Source: Verrucomicrobiota bacterium
GTDB lineage: Bacteria > Verrucomicrobiota > Verrucomicrobiia > Limisphaerales > UBA11358
Assembly (NCBI GenBank): GCA_036803685.1
Contig: DAIRTX010000008.1
Coordinates: 2,198-66,197 of the forward strand
DNA length: 64,000 bases
Direction of reading: 5' to 3'
This document shows positions 55,514 to 64,000 of this stretch, in pieces. How positions within the stretch are numbered: the first letter of the stretch is position 1; each line of letters starts with the position of its first letter. Below the pieces are notes generated by a model. That model saw nothing but the letters and a program-made list of their open reading frames with translations. It was not told where the DNA came from and made no database searches. The translations under genes and the position numbers were made by a program.

Positions 55514-56668
55514 GTGGGGGTGTTGAAGGACATCAAGTCACTGACCCGCGACGAACTGGAAACCCGGTTCAAAGCCTGGGAACAGCCGGTTTATCGCGTC
55601 GGGCAATTGCTCGAATGGCTTTATGTCCATCGCGTCACGAATTGGGAGGCGATGACGAACCTGCCCAAGCCGCTGCGCGAAAAGCTCGGCAAGGACTTTT
55701 TGCTCCAGACCCTGGAACTCGTCCGCAAGCAGGGCGCGCGCGATACCACGCAGAAATTTCTCTGGCGGCTCCATGACCATTCGCTCATCGAAAGCGTTCT
55801 GATTCCCGCCAACCCCGCGCTTTACGGCGACGCCAGCGACCGCCATACGCTCTGCGTCTCCACCCAGGTCGGCTGTGCCTACGGCTGTAAATTTTGCGCG
55901 AGCGGCCTTGACGGCTGGAAACGCAACCTGACGCCGGACGAAATTATGGAGCAAGTCCTGGCTGTGGAAAGGTGGAATGCTTCGTCCTCCTCGTCCTCGT
56001 CGTCGTCCTCGAACCCAACTGAAGAACCGATTGCGAGAACGAGGACGACGACGAATGAAAGATTGATAGACAATGTGGTCATCATGGGCATGGGCGAACC
56101 GCTGGCGAATTACGACAACCTGCTCCAGGCGTTGCGCATTTTGAATGCGCCGTGGGGCGGTGGCATTGGCGCACGGAAAATCACGATTTCCACCAGCGGC
56201 CTTGCGCCGCAGATCCGCAAGCTCGCCGCCGAGCCGTTGCAATTTCGCCTCGCCATTTCGCTGCATGGAGCCACCGACGCGGTGCGCAACAAAATCATGC
56301 CGGTGAACCGCAAATATCCGCTCAAGGAACTCGTCGCGGCGTGTGAGGAGTATCAGGGGCAAAAAGGCCGGATGCTCACGTTCGAGTATATTTTGATCGC
56401 CGGTGTAAACGATTCGATTGAGCAAGCCAAACCGCTCGCTGCGCTCGCGCGCAGACTTTTCGCGAAGGTGAACCTGATTCCTTACAACAAAGTCGAGGGT
56501 CTGCCGTGGGAACGCCCGGACGAGGAAACCCAGGAAAAATTTCTCGCCGCGCTGGAAAAGCAAAAGGTTGTAGCCACTCTCCGGCGCGAAAAAGGCCATG
56601 ACATTGACGCCGCCTGCGGCCAGTTGCGGTTGAAAATCGAACGCGAATTAAAAACGGTTCCCACCTGA
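55514..56668 (+). CDS. rlmN: 23S rRNA/tRNA adenine-C2 methyltransferase (radical SAM)
   Basis: 384 aa with CVSTQVGCAYGCKFCASG, ...NVVIMGMGEPLANYDN and ...DIDAACGQL. It carries an in-frame palindromic insert. Confidence 0.9.
   Translation: MGVLKDIKSLTRDELETRFKAWEQPVYRVGQLLEWLYVHRVTNWEAMTNLPKPLREKLGKDFLLQTLELVRKQGARDTTQKFLWRLHDHSLIESVLIPANPALYGDASDRHTLCVSTQVGCAYGCKFCASGLDGWKRNLTPDEIMEQVLAVERWNASSSSSSSSSSNPTEEPIARTRTTTNERLIDNVVIMGMGEPLANYDNLLQALRILNAPWGGGIGARKITISTSGLAPQIRKLAAEPLQFRLAISLHGATDAVRNKIMPVNRKYPLKELVAACEEYQGQKGRMLTFEYILIAGVNDSIEQAKPLAALARRLFAKVNLIPYNKVEGLPWERPDEETQEKFLAALEKQKVVATLRREKGHDIDAACGQLRLKIERELKTVPT
55981..56055. repeat. Palindromic repeat in frame inside rlmN
   Basis: TTCGTCCTCCTCGTCCTCGTCGTCGTCCTCG ... 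CGAGAACGAGGACGACGACGAA, translated as NASSSSSSSSSNPTEEPIARTRTTTNE. It sits between the conserved EIMEQV and NVVIMGMGEP blocks. Confidence 0.75.
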
Positions 56669-56670
56669 TG

Positions 56671-58338
56671 TCAGGGTGCGACCGCACCGGTCAATCCGGT
56701 TTTGCGCCGGAAAATGATGATGCGTTCCGACAATGACGCCGGCGGGAGGTTTGAACCTTCACCCCAACTTGAAACCAGTTTCCCGTCGGGATCAAAACCA
56801 ACAAGGCCAATTCTTTCGTAATGTTCGCGGGCGTATTGTTCGAACCAGTCGGCGAGGTAATGCGGCGAGTCGGGTTCCGGCAGCCACGACAGTTGATACT
56901 GCACCTGCACGAGAAATTCCGGGCGGTTGGTTTCGATCTCCTGCGCCATTTCACGCTGCATTTCGAGCGCGTGCGGTTGCGACTCCATCAACGCGTAAGT
57001 GTAAATGTAGCCGGTCGCCGAACGGCGGCGTGCGTAGAAATAGATTTCCGGCTCCGATCCCATGACCGCCACCCGCGCATTGCCGGCGGAATCTTTCCGC
57101 AGCAGATTCCCCACGGCAACCGCCTCGACAAACGGATTTCGCGGGTAAAGATTCCGGCAAACCTGCGTGGCCGACCACTGGAAAAATGGCTGGGCTTGGT
57201 AAAAAATCATCCACCCCAGCACCAGGACGAAAGCGATCACCGGCAAACTTTTGAAAACGTCGGCAAACCAGGCAAAGCGCCATGACGATTGCAACGCGGC
57301 CACCGCCATGCCCACAAGCAGCGCAAAGGCCGGCAGCAGCAAAATAAAATACTGTCCTCGAAAATATAATCCCGCCGCCGTGCCCAGAAATGAAAACGAC
57401 CAAAACATCACGGTGAACAGCATCGGCTTTCGGAACACCCGCTGAAAGCACGCCGCCAGCAAACCGGCCAGCGTCAGCGCCCAAAAACCGATGGACAAAT
57501 CGCGCGTCTGCCGCAAATGGTCGGCCAGGCAACCACGGATTCCCATTTCTACCGGCATCGCACTTTCATAAATACGCGCATAAACCACCGTCCAGAACCA
57601 GAAACGGTCAAAGACACCGGCGACCGCGAACAACAGGCAAGTCAGGCTGAAGGGCAATACCAGGCCCGTTCCGAACGCCAGGATTTTGCCGCCAAATTGC
57701 TTCGACAAAAATTCACGGTTCCGTACCGCCACCCAGATCAAAAAAAACAAACCAAAAAAACTGAAACAGATTCCCTGCTGTTTCATCAAAAAGGCCAGGC
57801 CCAAAAGAAGTCCGCTCCAGAAAAAAACTTTTAAGCCGCCGGTCTCATTCGCCTTGAGCAGCAACAGGGTTCCCGGCACCGCAAACAGCACCACGAAATG
57901 ATTGGCGTGCGCCGCCAGCCCGGCCACCGCCGGACTCAGTGCCATGACCGCGTAACTCGCACACGCCGCCACGCCGGCCAGGTTTCCGAACAGTTTTCGT
58001 CCCAGCAGAAACACAAAAACAATTGTCAGGCTGTTCGCCAGCAGCAGTGTCAGGTGGATCCCGGAAATGGTTTGTCCGAACACCGCCATGCCCAGTGCGC
58101 AGGCAAAATACGTTCCGGGCAATTTCATGTTGTAGGCCAGTTCGTAAGGCGGGACGCCCTGCAAAATGAGTTGTCCCGCATAGGCGTATTCCCCTTCGTC
58201 TCGCTCCAGCGGCATGTCCAGCAGTCGAACGCGGATGAAACCCACAAACAAAATCACGGCCAGAACCACCAACCACGGCCAGAGACAAACCAACCGGCTT
58301 TGCGGGAAGGCGGAAACAGTCGCTGGTTGATTTTCCAT
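56671..58338 (-). CDS. GT39/ArnT-like membrane glycosyltransferase
   Basis: 555 aa with ...MPLERDEGEYAYAGQLILQGVPPYELAYNMKLPGTYF, about 12 TM segments and a soluble C-terminal domain. Confidence 0.7.
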   Translation of the reverse strand: MENQPATVSAFPQSRLVCLWPWLVVLAVILFVGFIRVRLLDMPLERDEGEYAYAGQLILQGVPPYELAYNMKLPGTYFACALGMAVFGQTISGIHLTLLLANSLTIVFVFLLGRKLFGNLAGVAACASYAVMALSPAVAGLAAHANHFVVLFAVPGTLLLLKANETGGLKVFFWSGLLLGLAFLMKQQGICFSFFGLFFLIWVAVRNREFLSKQFGGKILAFGTGLVLPFSLTCLLFAVAGVFDRFWFWTVVYARIYESAMPVEMGIRGCLADHLRQTRDLSIGFWALTLAGLLAACFQRVFRKPMLFTVMFWSFSFLGTAAGLYFRGQYFILLLPAFALLVGMAVAALQSSWRFAWFADVFKSLPVIAFVLVLGWMIFYQAQPFFQWSATQVCRNLYPRNPFVEAVAVGNLLRKDSAGNARVAVMGSEPEIYFYARRRSATGYIYTYALMESQPHALEMQREMAQEIETNRPEFLVQVQYQLSWLPEPDSPHYLADWFEQYAREHYERIGLVGFDPDGKLVSSWGEGSNLPPASLSERIIIFRRKTGLTGAVAP

Positions 58339-58452
58339 TTAATGGTGAGATAACACGGAGCGCTTTCCCGTAAAAGTATTTTGCCGAAAATTCCGTGTTT
58401 CATCCCGCCTTCATGCATTTCGGCGTGGCAAGCTGTGCCCATCTGTGGCTAA

Positions 58453-59082
58453 ATGAAGCGCGTGATTGCTTTGCTTGATTACGGCTCCGGCAATTTGCGC
58501 AGCGTCCACAAGGCGCTGCTCAAGGTCGGCGCCGACGTGCGCATCGCGCAGCGACCGGCCGAAATCGGCGATGCGCGGGCGATGGTGCTGCCCGGCGTCG
58601 GCGCGTTCGACGATTGCATCAACGCGCTGCGCAAACAGGAACTGCTCGGAGCCGCGCGCGAATTCATCAAAGCAGGACGCCCCTTCCTCGGCATCTGCGT
58701 CGGCTACCAGGCGTTGTTTGAGAAGAGCGAGGAATTTAACAGTTGCGCCGCCGGCCTCGGAATTTTCAAAGGCAAGGTCGTCCGCTTCTCCGAAAAGCAT
58801 GGACTGAAAATTCCGCAAATCGGGTGGAACCAGCTTGAGATTGCAAAGCCGGATTGCCCGTTGTTCCGCGGTGTGGCCAATGGCAGCTACGTCTATTTCG
58901 TCCACAGCTTTTATCCGCAGCCGGTGGATGCGGGCATCATCGCCACGCGCACGGATTACGGCGACAAATTCGCGTCATCGGTCTGGCGCGACAATGTTTT
59001 CGCCACGCAATTTCACCCGGAAAAAAGCCAGAAAGTTGGTTTGCAACTGCTGAAGAATTTTGTTGAACTGGTGCAGTGCTGA
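58453..59082 (+). CDS. hisH: imidazole glycerol phosphate synthase, glutamine amidotransferase subunit
   Basis: 209 aa with ...LLDYGSGNLRSV...LPGVGAF...GICVGYQ...VHSF...TQFHPEKS. Confidence 0.9.
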   Translation: MKRVIALLDYGSGNLRSVHKALLKVGADVRIAQRPAEIGDARAMVLPGVGAFDDCINALRKQELLGAAREFIKAGRPFLGICVGYQALFEKSEEFNSCAAGLGIFKGKVVRFSEKHGLKIPQIGWNQLEIAKPDCPLFRGVANGSYVYFVHSFYPQPVDAGIIATRTDYGDKFASSVWRDNVFATQFHPEKSQKVGLQLLKNFVELVQC

Positions 59083-59093
59083 CCCGCCGTTCC

Positions 59094-59687
59094 ATGAAAT
59101 TGAATAAAAATTTGGCTCTCCATCTTTCATTGGCGATGCTTTGCGTCGGTCTGGCCGGGTGCGTGTCTCATGGCACGGTTGCGCCATTGAGCAACGGTTA
59201 TGAGGAGGTGGCCAAGCCCAAGCGAGTTTCATTTCAGTATCGGGCGCCGGACGGCAAAATCACTCCGATCTGGACTGCATTGTCCGGGGTCAGCGAGGTC
59301 ATCAAAGGTGACGTGGCGATATTTGTGGGCGACAAGGCCTATGTGTCGCCGGACCCGGACGATCCCCGGGGCACCAAGCCGCGATTGTTTGCGGTGCGGT
59401 CACCCGCCCTGCCGCTGGACATTACCGATGAAGTTTTATCGCAGTGGTCAAATAAATCAGGAAAAGATTTCGCGAAGGCTTTGGACAGTTTCAGCATGGT
59501 GTCTCCGGAGGAAAAGAACGGCCAGTTGGAGCTGCACCTGGAGTTTTGGACGCAAGAAAGGGACTGGCCGGATAAGACCACGGTTCAATTGGACTGGAAC
59601 CAGGTATTCGACATCATGCGCGAGGTGAAAGAGAAAGGCACGATGCACACGGATTTGAGATGGCATACCCCCTTCATTGAAAAATGA
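59094..59687 (+). CDS. hypothetical lipoprotein
   Basis: MKLNKNLALHLSLAMLCVGLAGC is a lipobox. No domain is recognised. Confidence 0.5.
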   Translation: MKLNKNLALHLSLAMLCVGLAGCVSHGTVAPLSNGYEEVAKPKRVSFQYRAPDGKITPIWTALSGVSEVIKGDVAIFVGDKAYVSPDPDDPRGTKPRLFAVRSPALPLDITDEVLSQWSNKSGKDFAKALDSFSMVSPEEKNGQLELHLEFWTQERDWPDKTTVQLDWNQVFDIMREVKEKGTMHTDLRWHTPFIEK

Positions 59688-59810
59688 TTTTGGCCCGAAA
59701 ACGGCAGGGCCGTTGCCGCGCGGCCATCATACTCAGCGGCGCAGTTTCGGTGGGGCGAGCGTCCCCGCGAGCCAAAATTTGGGAGTGCGCCGACATGTCA
59801 CCGCACTACA

Positions 59811-59930
59811 AAGTTCCACCTCACCGAAGAAGTGGCCAACCTGGTGGTTTACCTTTGCCGTCCGCTGTCCCCGGCCACCAACGGCGCGGCCCATCGCGTG
59901 GACGGCGGCATGGTCCGGGCTTGCTTTTAA
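59811..59930 (+). pseudogene. 3'-terminal remnant of an SDR-family gene
   Basis: The frame ending at TAA 59928-59930 reads ...LTEEVANLVVYLCRPLSPATNGAAHRVDGGMVRACF*, a typical SDR C-terminus. Upstream it is replaced by repeat sequence (59700-59810). Confidence 0.6.
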
Positions 59931-60008
59931 GCGCGACGGCTCGAAGGTTTTGCGGAGTTGGCCGTTGGTGCGGTTGACTAAAACGCCTGAATCTGCGATA
60001 AACAAATT

Positions 60009-60209
60009 GTGAGCACGCGAGAATTGATCGAAAAGGAAATCGCTGATTTGCCCGAACCGTTGCAGCGGGAGGTCTTCAATTTCGCCCGCTTCCTGCGAAC
60101 CAAACGGGACGATTCATTCAACGACCTGCTCTTGAGCGAAACCGCGCTCGCCAAAGACTGGAGCACGCCCGAGGAGGACGCCGCATGGGCAAGCCTCCAA
60201 CCTGCATAA
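60009..60209 (+). CDS. DUF2281-like antitoxin-type small protein (GTG start), no toxin partner
   Basis: 66 aa: MSTRELIEKEIADLPEPLQREVFNFARFLRTKRDD... No credible downstream ORF exists before the SOD gene. Confidence 0.5.
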   Translation: MSTRELIEKEIADLPEPLQREVFNFARFLRTKRDDSFNDLLLSETALAKDWSTPEEDAAWASLQPA

Positions 60210-60342
60210 TTGTTGGTTTTGCCGGCGGGACGCCGGCGTTGCTTTTGGTGGGGCAAACGTATTGTTCGCACTTGCTTTTTCCCCGACGCTGGCGCAATTT
60301 GTTTTTCAAGATTAACGAAACGAAACGAAAGGATTAAAAATT

Positions 60343-60957
60343 ATGGCACATGAACTACCGCCCCTGCCCTATCCCAAAGAAGCTTTGGAACCGCACATTG
60401 ACGCGCTGACGATGGAAATCCATCACGATCGCCATCACAAGGCTTACGTGGACAATCTCAACAAGGCCATCGCCGGCAACGCCGCGCTGGAAGCCAAATC
60501 GCTCGAAGCGTTGATCGGCAACCTCGCGTCCGTGCCCGACAACATCCGCGGCCCGGTGCGCAACAACGGCGGCGGCCATTGGAACCACTCGTTCTTCTGG
60601 AAACTCATGGCGCCCAAAGCCGGCGGCGCTCCCACCGGCAAGCTGGCCGACGCCATCAAGGCCGCTTTCGGCTCATTCGCCGATTTTCAGGCGAAGTTTG
60701 AAGCGGCGGGCATCGGCCGTTTCGGCAGCGGCTGGGCCTGGCTCGTCTCGAACGGCGGCAAACTCGAAATTGTTTCCACGGCCAACCAGGACAATCCGCT
60801 CATGGGCAAGGCCATCGCCGGTTGCGAAGGCAAACCGATTCTCGGCGTGGACGTGTGGGAACATGCCTACTACCTCAAATATCAGAACAAGCGCGCCGAT
60901 TATCTGAAGGCGGTCTGGAACGTGGTGAACTGGGCGGAAGCCGCCAAAAATTTCTAA
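60343..60957 (+). CDS. Fe/Mn superoxide dismutase
   Basis: 204 aa with LPPLPY...[16 protein letters not shown]...[10 protein letters not shown]...DVWEHAYYL. Confidence 0.92.
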   Translation: MAHELPPLPYPKEALEPHIDALTMEIHHDRHHKAYVDNLNKAIAGNAALEAKSLEALIGNLASVPDNIRGPVRNNGGGHWNHSFFWKLMAPKAGGAPTGKLADAIKAAFGSFADFQAKFEAAGIGRFGSGWAWLVSNGGKLEIVSTANQDNPLMGKAIAGCEGKPILGVDVWEHAYYLKYQNKRADYLKAVWNVVNWAEAAKNF

Positions 60958-60981
60958 ACCGTAAAATTGATCTGAAACGCA

Positions 60982-61012
60982 AACACGCCGGTTCATGCCG
61001 GCGTGTTTTTTT
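60982..61012 (+). terminator. rho-independent terminator after the SOD gene
   Basis: A 10-bp stem, AACACGCCGG with loop TTCATG and CCGGCGTGTT, followed by TTTTTTG. Confidence 0.8.
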
Positions 61013-61099
61013 GTGGTAGGGCGGAGCTGCTGCTCCGCCGTTTATTTAACGTCTTTGAACTGATTTGGGCGGCGCGGCAGCGCCGCCCTATCATTTGCG

Positions 61100-61462
61100 T
61101 CAAATCCCGCGCCTGGTCACAATACGGTTGCCTTTGCCGAGGACAATAACGCGCGGTTTCCATTTCTTCGCCTTCCCCTGGTCGAAAGCCGCAAAGTTCA
61201 TGATGGTCAGCAAATCGCCCTTTTTGCCCAGGTGCGCAACAGCGCCGTTCATGATGATTTCGCCGGAACCGCGTTTGCCGCGGATGACGTAAGTCTCAAA
61301 CCGTTCTCCATTGGCCATGTTGCCGCACAGGATGCGTTCGTATTCCTGCAGGCCGACCTTTTCCATCAGGTCAATGGCGATGGTGAGGCTGCCCTCATAT
61401 TTCATGTTGCCGCCCGTGACCGTGGCGCGATGAATTTTCGATTTCAGCAAATGAACCTGCAT
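61100..61462 (-). CDS. panD: aspartate 1-decarboxylase
   Basis: 120 aa: MQVHLLKSKIHRATVTGGNMKYEGSLTIAIDLM (contains the self-processing GS site). Confidence 0.9.
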   Translation of the reverse strand: MQVHLLKSKIHRATVTGGNMKYEGSLTIAIDLMEKVGLQEYERILCGNMANGERFETYVIRGKRGSGEIIMNGAVAHLGKKGDLLTIMNFAAFDQGKAKKWKPRVIVLGKGNRIVTRRGI

Positions 61463-61490
61463 GAGCCATTGAGTATAGCGTACTGCGCCG

Positions 61491-62057
61491 TTACTTCAAC
61501 TTGAGAAAATTTTTAATAATCTGACGTCCATTCTCGGTAAGAATGCTTTCCGGATGAAATTGCACGCCCCAGATCGGCAGTTCCTTGTGCCGCACGCCCA
61601 TGATTTCGCCCTCGCCGGTCTCGGCAGTGACTTCGAGACAATCGGGCAGCGTGTCGCGCTTGATGACGAGCGAATGATAGCGCGTGGCGACAAAGGGATT
61701 GGCCATCCCCACAAAAAGGTCCTTGCCGTTGTGCTTAATCGGCGAGGTTTTGCCGTGCATCATGCGGTAATTCACCACCACCTCCGCGCCGAACACGTGC
61801 CCGATGCACTGGTGACCGAGGCAGACGCCGAACACGGGCATTTCCCGGCCGAACGTGCGAATGACTTCGTTCGACAACCCGGATTCGCGCGGCGAGCACG
61901 GTCCCGGCGACACGAGAATGCGCTCCGGCTTCAACTCGCGAATCGCGTCAAGCGTGATGTCGTCGTTCCGCCGCACCTGCACCTCGACGTTCATCTCGCC
62001 GAGATATTGCACGAGGTTATAGGTGAACGAATCGTAGTTATCTATGACCAGAACCAT
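61491..62057 (-). CDS. anthranilate/aminodeoxychorismate synthase glutamine amidotransferase component
   Basis: Taken from the internal ATG: [21 protein letters not shown]...SPGPC...GVCLGHQ...VQFHPES. Confidence 0.88.
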   Translation of the reverse strand: MVLVIDNYDSFTYNLVQYLGEMNVEVQVRRNDDITLDAIRELKPERILVSPGPCSPRESGLSNEVIRTFGREMPVFGVCLGHQCIGHVFGAEVVVNYRMMHGKTSPIKHNGKDLFVGMANPFVATRYHSLVIKRDTLPDCLEVTAETGEGEIMGVRHKELPIWGVQFHPESILTENGRQIIKNFLKLK

Positions 62058-62058
62058 G

Positions 62059-63192
62059 TTAAGATTTGCGACTCCGATCTCTCGCGAGCACGCGCGGAGC
62101 GGTGTTGCCGATTTCATCCAGCACGCGGCCAATCAATTCTCCGGCCACTCGCTGCCCCCAAACGACGCGCCCAATTCTTTTTGCGAGCACGAATTTGATT
62201 TCGCCGCCGCTGACTTTTTTATCGAACCGCATCGCAGCGAAAAGTTTCTGACGTTGCGCCGGCTTCAACTTGATTTGAGTCGGCAGGCCGGCACGCTTGA
62301 ATAAATCCCGGATCCGCCCGGCATCGTCTCCTGACAAACCCATCAGTCCAGAGGAAAGTTTTGCGGTGGCAACCTGGCCGATGGAAATCGCCTCGCCGTG
62401 CAGAAATTTCCCGTAGCCGGAAATGTTTTCGATGGCGTGGCCAATGGTGTGGCCAAAATTCAGAATGGCGCGCAAGCCGTTTTCAGTTTCGTCCTGGCCG
62501 ACGACATCCGCCTTGATTTCGCAACAGCGCGCAACGACGGCAGCGAGGGTTTGGGGTTCGCGCCGCAACAGCTTCGGCAAATCGCGTTCCAGTTGCGCGA
62601 ACAGTCTGGCATCGTAAATAATGCCGTATTTGATGACTTCGGCGAAACCGGCGCGAAACTCGCGTTCGGGCAAAGTGCGCATAGTATCGAGATCGCACAG
62701 CACCAAACGCGGCTGATAAAACGCGCCCACGAGATTTTTACCGGCTTTCAAATTGACGCCGACCTTGCCGCCGACGGAGCTGTCCACCTGCGCCAGCAGC
62801 GTCGTCGGCACCTGTACAAACGCGATGCCGCGCAAATACGTCGCTGCGACGAACCCGGCCAGATCGCCGACCACGCCGCCGCCGAGCGCGACGATGAAGG
62901 ATTTGCGTTCGAGCCGGTGCGCCGCGAGCAGGTCGTAGCAGGTTTGAACGGTTTTCAAACTTTTGGCCGTTTCGCCCGCCGGAACAACAATCAGTGAAGG
63001 CGAAAAGCCTGTCGTGGCGAGGGAATTGAAAGCCGCTTTGGCAAACCGTCTGCCGACGTTGGTGTCGGTGATAATGGCGCAACGCGCGCCGAGTTTCAGG
63101 CGCGCACATTCGCGGCCGAGTTGGTCAATCAAACCCGGTGCAATTTTGATCGTGTAACTGCGATTTCCCAGTTGTACGGAAACGGTGCGCAC
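62059..63192 (-). CDS. aroB: 3-dehydroquinate synthase
   Basis: 377 aa with ...[40 protein letters not shown]...NFGHTIGHA. Confidence 0.9.
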   Translation of the reverse strand: MRTVSVQLGNRSYTIKIAPGLIDQLGRECARLKLGARCAIITDTNVGRRFAKAAFNSLATTGFSPSLIVVPAGETAKSLKTVQTCYDLLAAHRLERKSFIVALGGGVVGDLAGFVAATYLRGIAFVQVPTTLLAQVDSSVGGKVGVNLKAGKNLVGAFYQPRLVLCDLDTMRTLPEREFRAGFAEVIKYGIIYDARLFAQLERDLPKLLRREPQTLAAVVARCCEIKADVVGQDETENGLRAILNFGHTIGHAIENISGYGKFLHGEAISIGQVATAKLSSGLMGLSGDDAGRIRDLFKRAGLPTQIKLKPAQRQKLFAAMRFDKKVSGGEIKFVLAKRIGRVVWGQRVAGELIGRVLDEIGNTAPRVLARDRSRKS

Positions 63193-63281
63193 GGACCAAG
63201 AATAAAGGCTGAACGCGCGGTGTCAAAGTTTTGCCGGTCATTTTCATCCCGTTGGGAACGGATTTGCCTTAACCTCGGCTT

Positions 63282-64000
63282 ATGATTCCTGCTGTTCCAT
63301 TTTTACGCGGACGTCTCAAGCCTCGAATGGCCATCCTGCTTTTGGTTGCCGTCGCGTTTTGCGGGTGCGCCACCAAACCGGCCACGGCATCCCGCCCGGC
63401 ACCGGCCAAACCCGGCTTCACCATTTTCCTGGTTGGTGATTCCACCATGGGGGACAAGCCGCTGATTCCGGCGAACCCCGAACGCGGCTGGGGACAGATG
63501 CTGCCGATGTATTTCAAGGATGGAGTGCGGATTGAAAATCACGCGGTTAACGGCCGAAGTTCAAAAAGTTTTCTCGACGAAGGGCGATGGGAACCGGTCC
63601 TGAACCAACTCAAACCCGGCGATTACGTCATCATTGAATTCGGCCACAACGACGAAAAGAAAAAAGACCCCAAGCGCTACACGGAACCGTTCGGTGGTTT
63701 CAAACAAAACCTCGAGTTGTTCATCCGCGAATCCCGCGAGCACGAGGCCACGCCCGTTCTGGCCACGCCCGTTGCCCGGAGAAAATTCGATGACAACGGC
63801 AGGCTGGTTGACACGCACGGCGATTACGTGAAAGCCGTGCGGGAGGTCGCGCAGGAACAGCGGACGTTATTGCTCGAAATGAACACCCGCAGCGCGGAAT
63901 TGCTCGCCAGCCTGGGCCCGGAGCTTTCCAAGAAACTTTTCGATTGGATTGGCGCGGGCGAATTTGAGCGCTACCCGAAGGGGTTGTCCGACGACACACA
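63282..64000 (+). CDS. SGNH/GDSL hydrolase (rhamnogalacturonan acetylesterase-like) lipoprotein, runs off the right edge
   Basis: Own translation from ATG 63282: MIPAVPFLRGRLKPRMAILLLVAVAFCGCAT...FTIFLVGDSTMGD...NHAVNGRSS...IIEFGHNDE... It is not in the ORF track because there is no stop in the window. Confidence 0.75.
   Translation, partial: MIPAVPFLRGRLKPRMAILLLVAVAFCGCATKPATASRPAPAKPGFTIFLVGDSTMGDKPLIPANPERGWGQMLPMYFKDGVRIENHAVNGRSSKSFLDEGRWEPVLNQLKPGDYVIIEFGHNDEKKKDPKRYTEPFGGFKQNLELFIRESREHEATPVLATPVARRKFDDNGRLVDTHGDYVKAVREVAQEQRTLLLEMNTRSAELLASLGPELSKKLFDWIGAGEFERYPKGLSDDT

Noticed and set aside
55538-56599. A 353-aa minus-strand ORF.
   Set aside because: It is antisense to rlmN, whose radical-SAM CxxxCxxC motif is on the plus strand.

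Overview
This is a 64-kb chromosomal segment of roughly 58-60% GC by eye, with several islets of about 42-46% GC. The gene content and repeat families look like a Verrucomicrobiota (Pedosphaera-type) genome. Supporting this are a DUF1559/H-X9-DG pseudopilin next to a 1054-aa PD40-repeat secreted protein, a PEP-CTERM protein with a LuxR-type regulator, a TIGR03790-like protein, YfhO and GT39 membrane glycosyltransferases, and very dense REP/MITE-like palindromic repeats. The backbone is housekeeping: dxr (partial), cdsA, tRNA-Ala, tRNA-Phe, amgK-murU, aceE, a lipoate ligase-family gene, two-subunit class-I fumarate hydratase, pfkA, galK with an SSS transporter, HAD-lnt, lpxD, recN, tatD, mtfA, rho, cysK, rlmN, hisH, a SOD, panD, trpG/pabA, aroB and a partial SGNH esterase at the right edge. 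The most unusual structure lies at 13.4-18.2 kb. There the fumarate hydratase alpha and beta genes are separated by a 3.2-kb array of accessory genes (HNH nuclease, DUF4230, PIN toxin and three small paralogs). The array is punctuated by three near-identical copies of the beta-gene 5' end, and each ghost copy ends 3 nt before a cargo start codon. This looks like serial site-specific cassette insertion into a housekeeping gene start, yet no recombinase is in view. A similar ghost of the aceE 3' end sits 235 bp downstream of aceE. Other points of interest:
- a frameshifted HUH/Y1 (RAYT/IS200-like) transposase gene between perfect 27-bp inverted repeats;
- palindromic repeats inserted in frame into the YfhO, recN (twice), lnt and rlmN genes;
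- a composite repeat anchored on the ACCA 3' end of both tRNAs;
- a roughly 0.9-kb ORF-free region rich in GAAA-capped hairpins, which is a candidate structured RNA;
- a WYL regulator next to a low-GC orphan gene.
No CRISPR array, rRNA, intact transposase or integrase was seen. All product names come from motif and architecture recognition by eye; no database search or folding was run.
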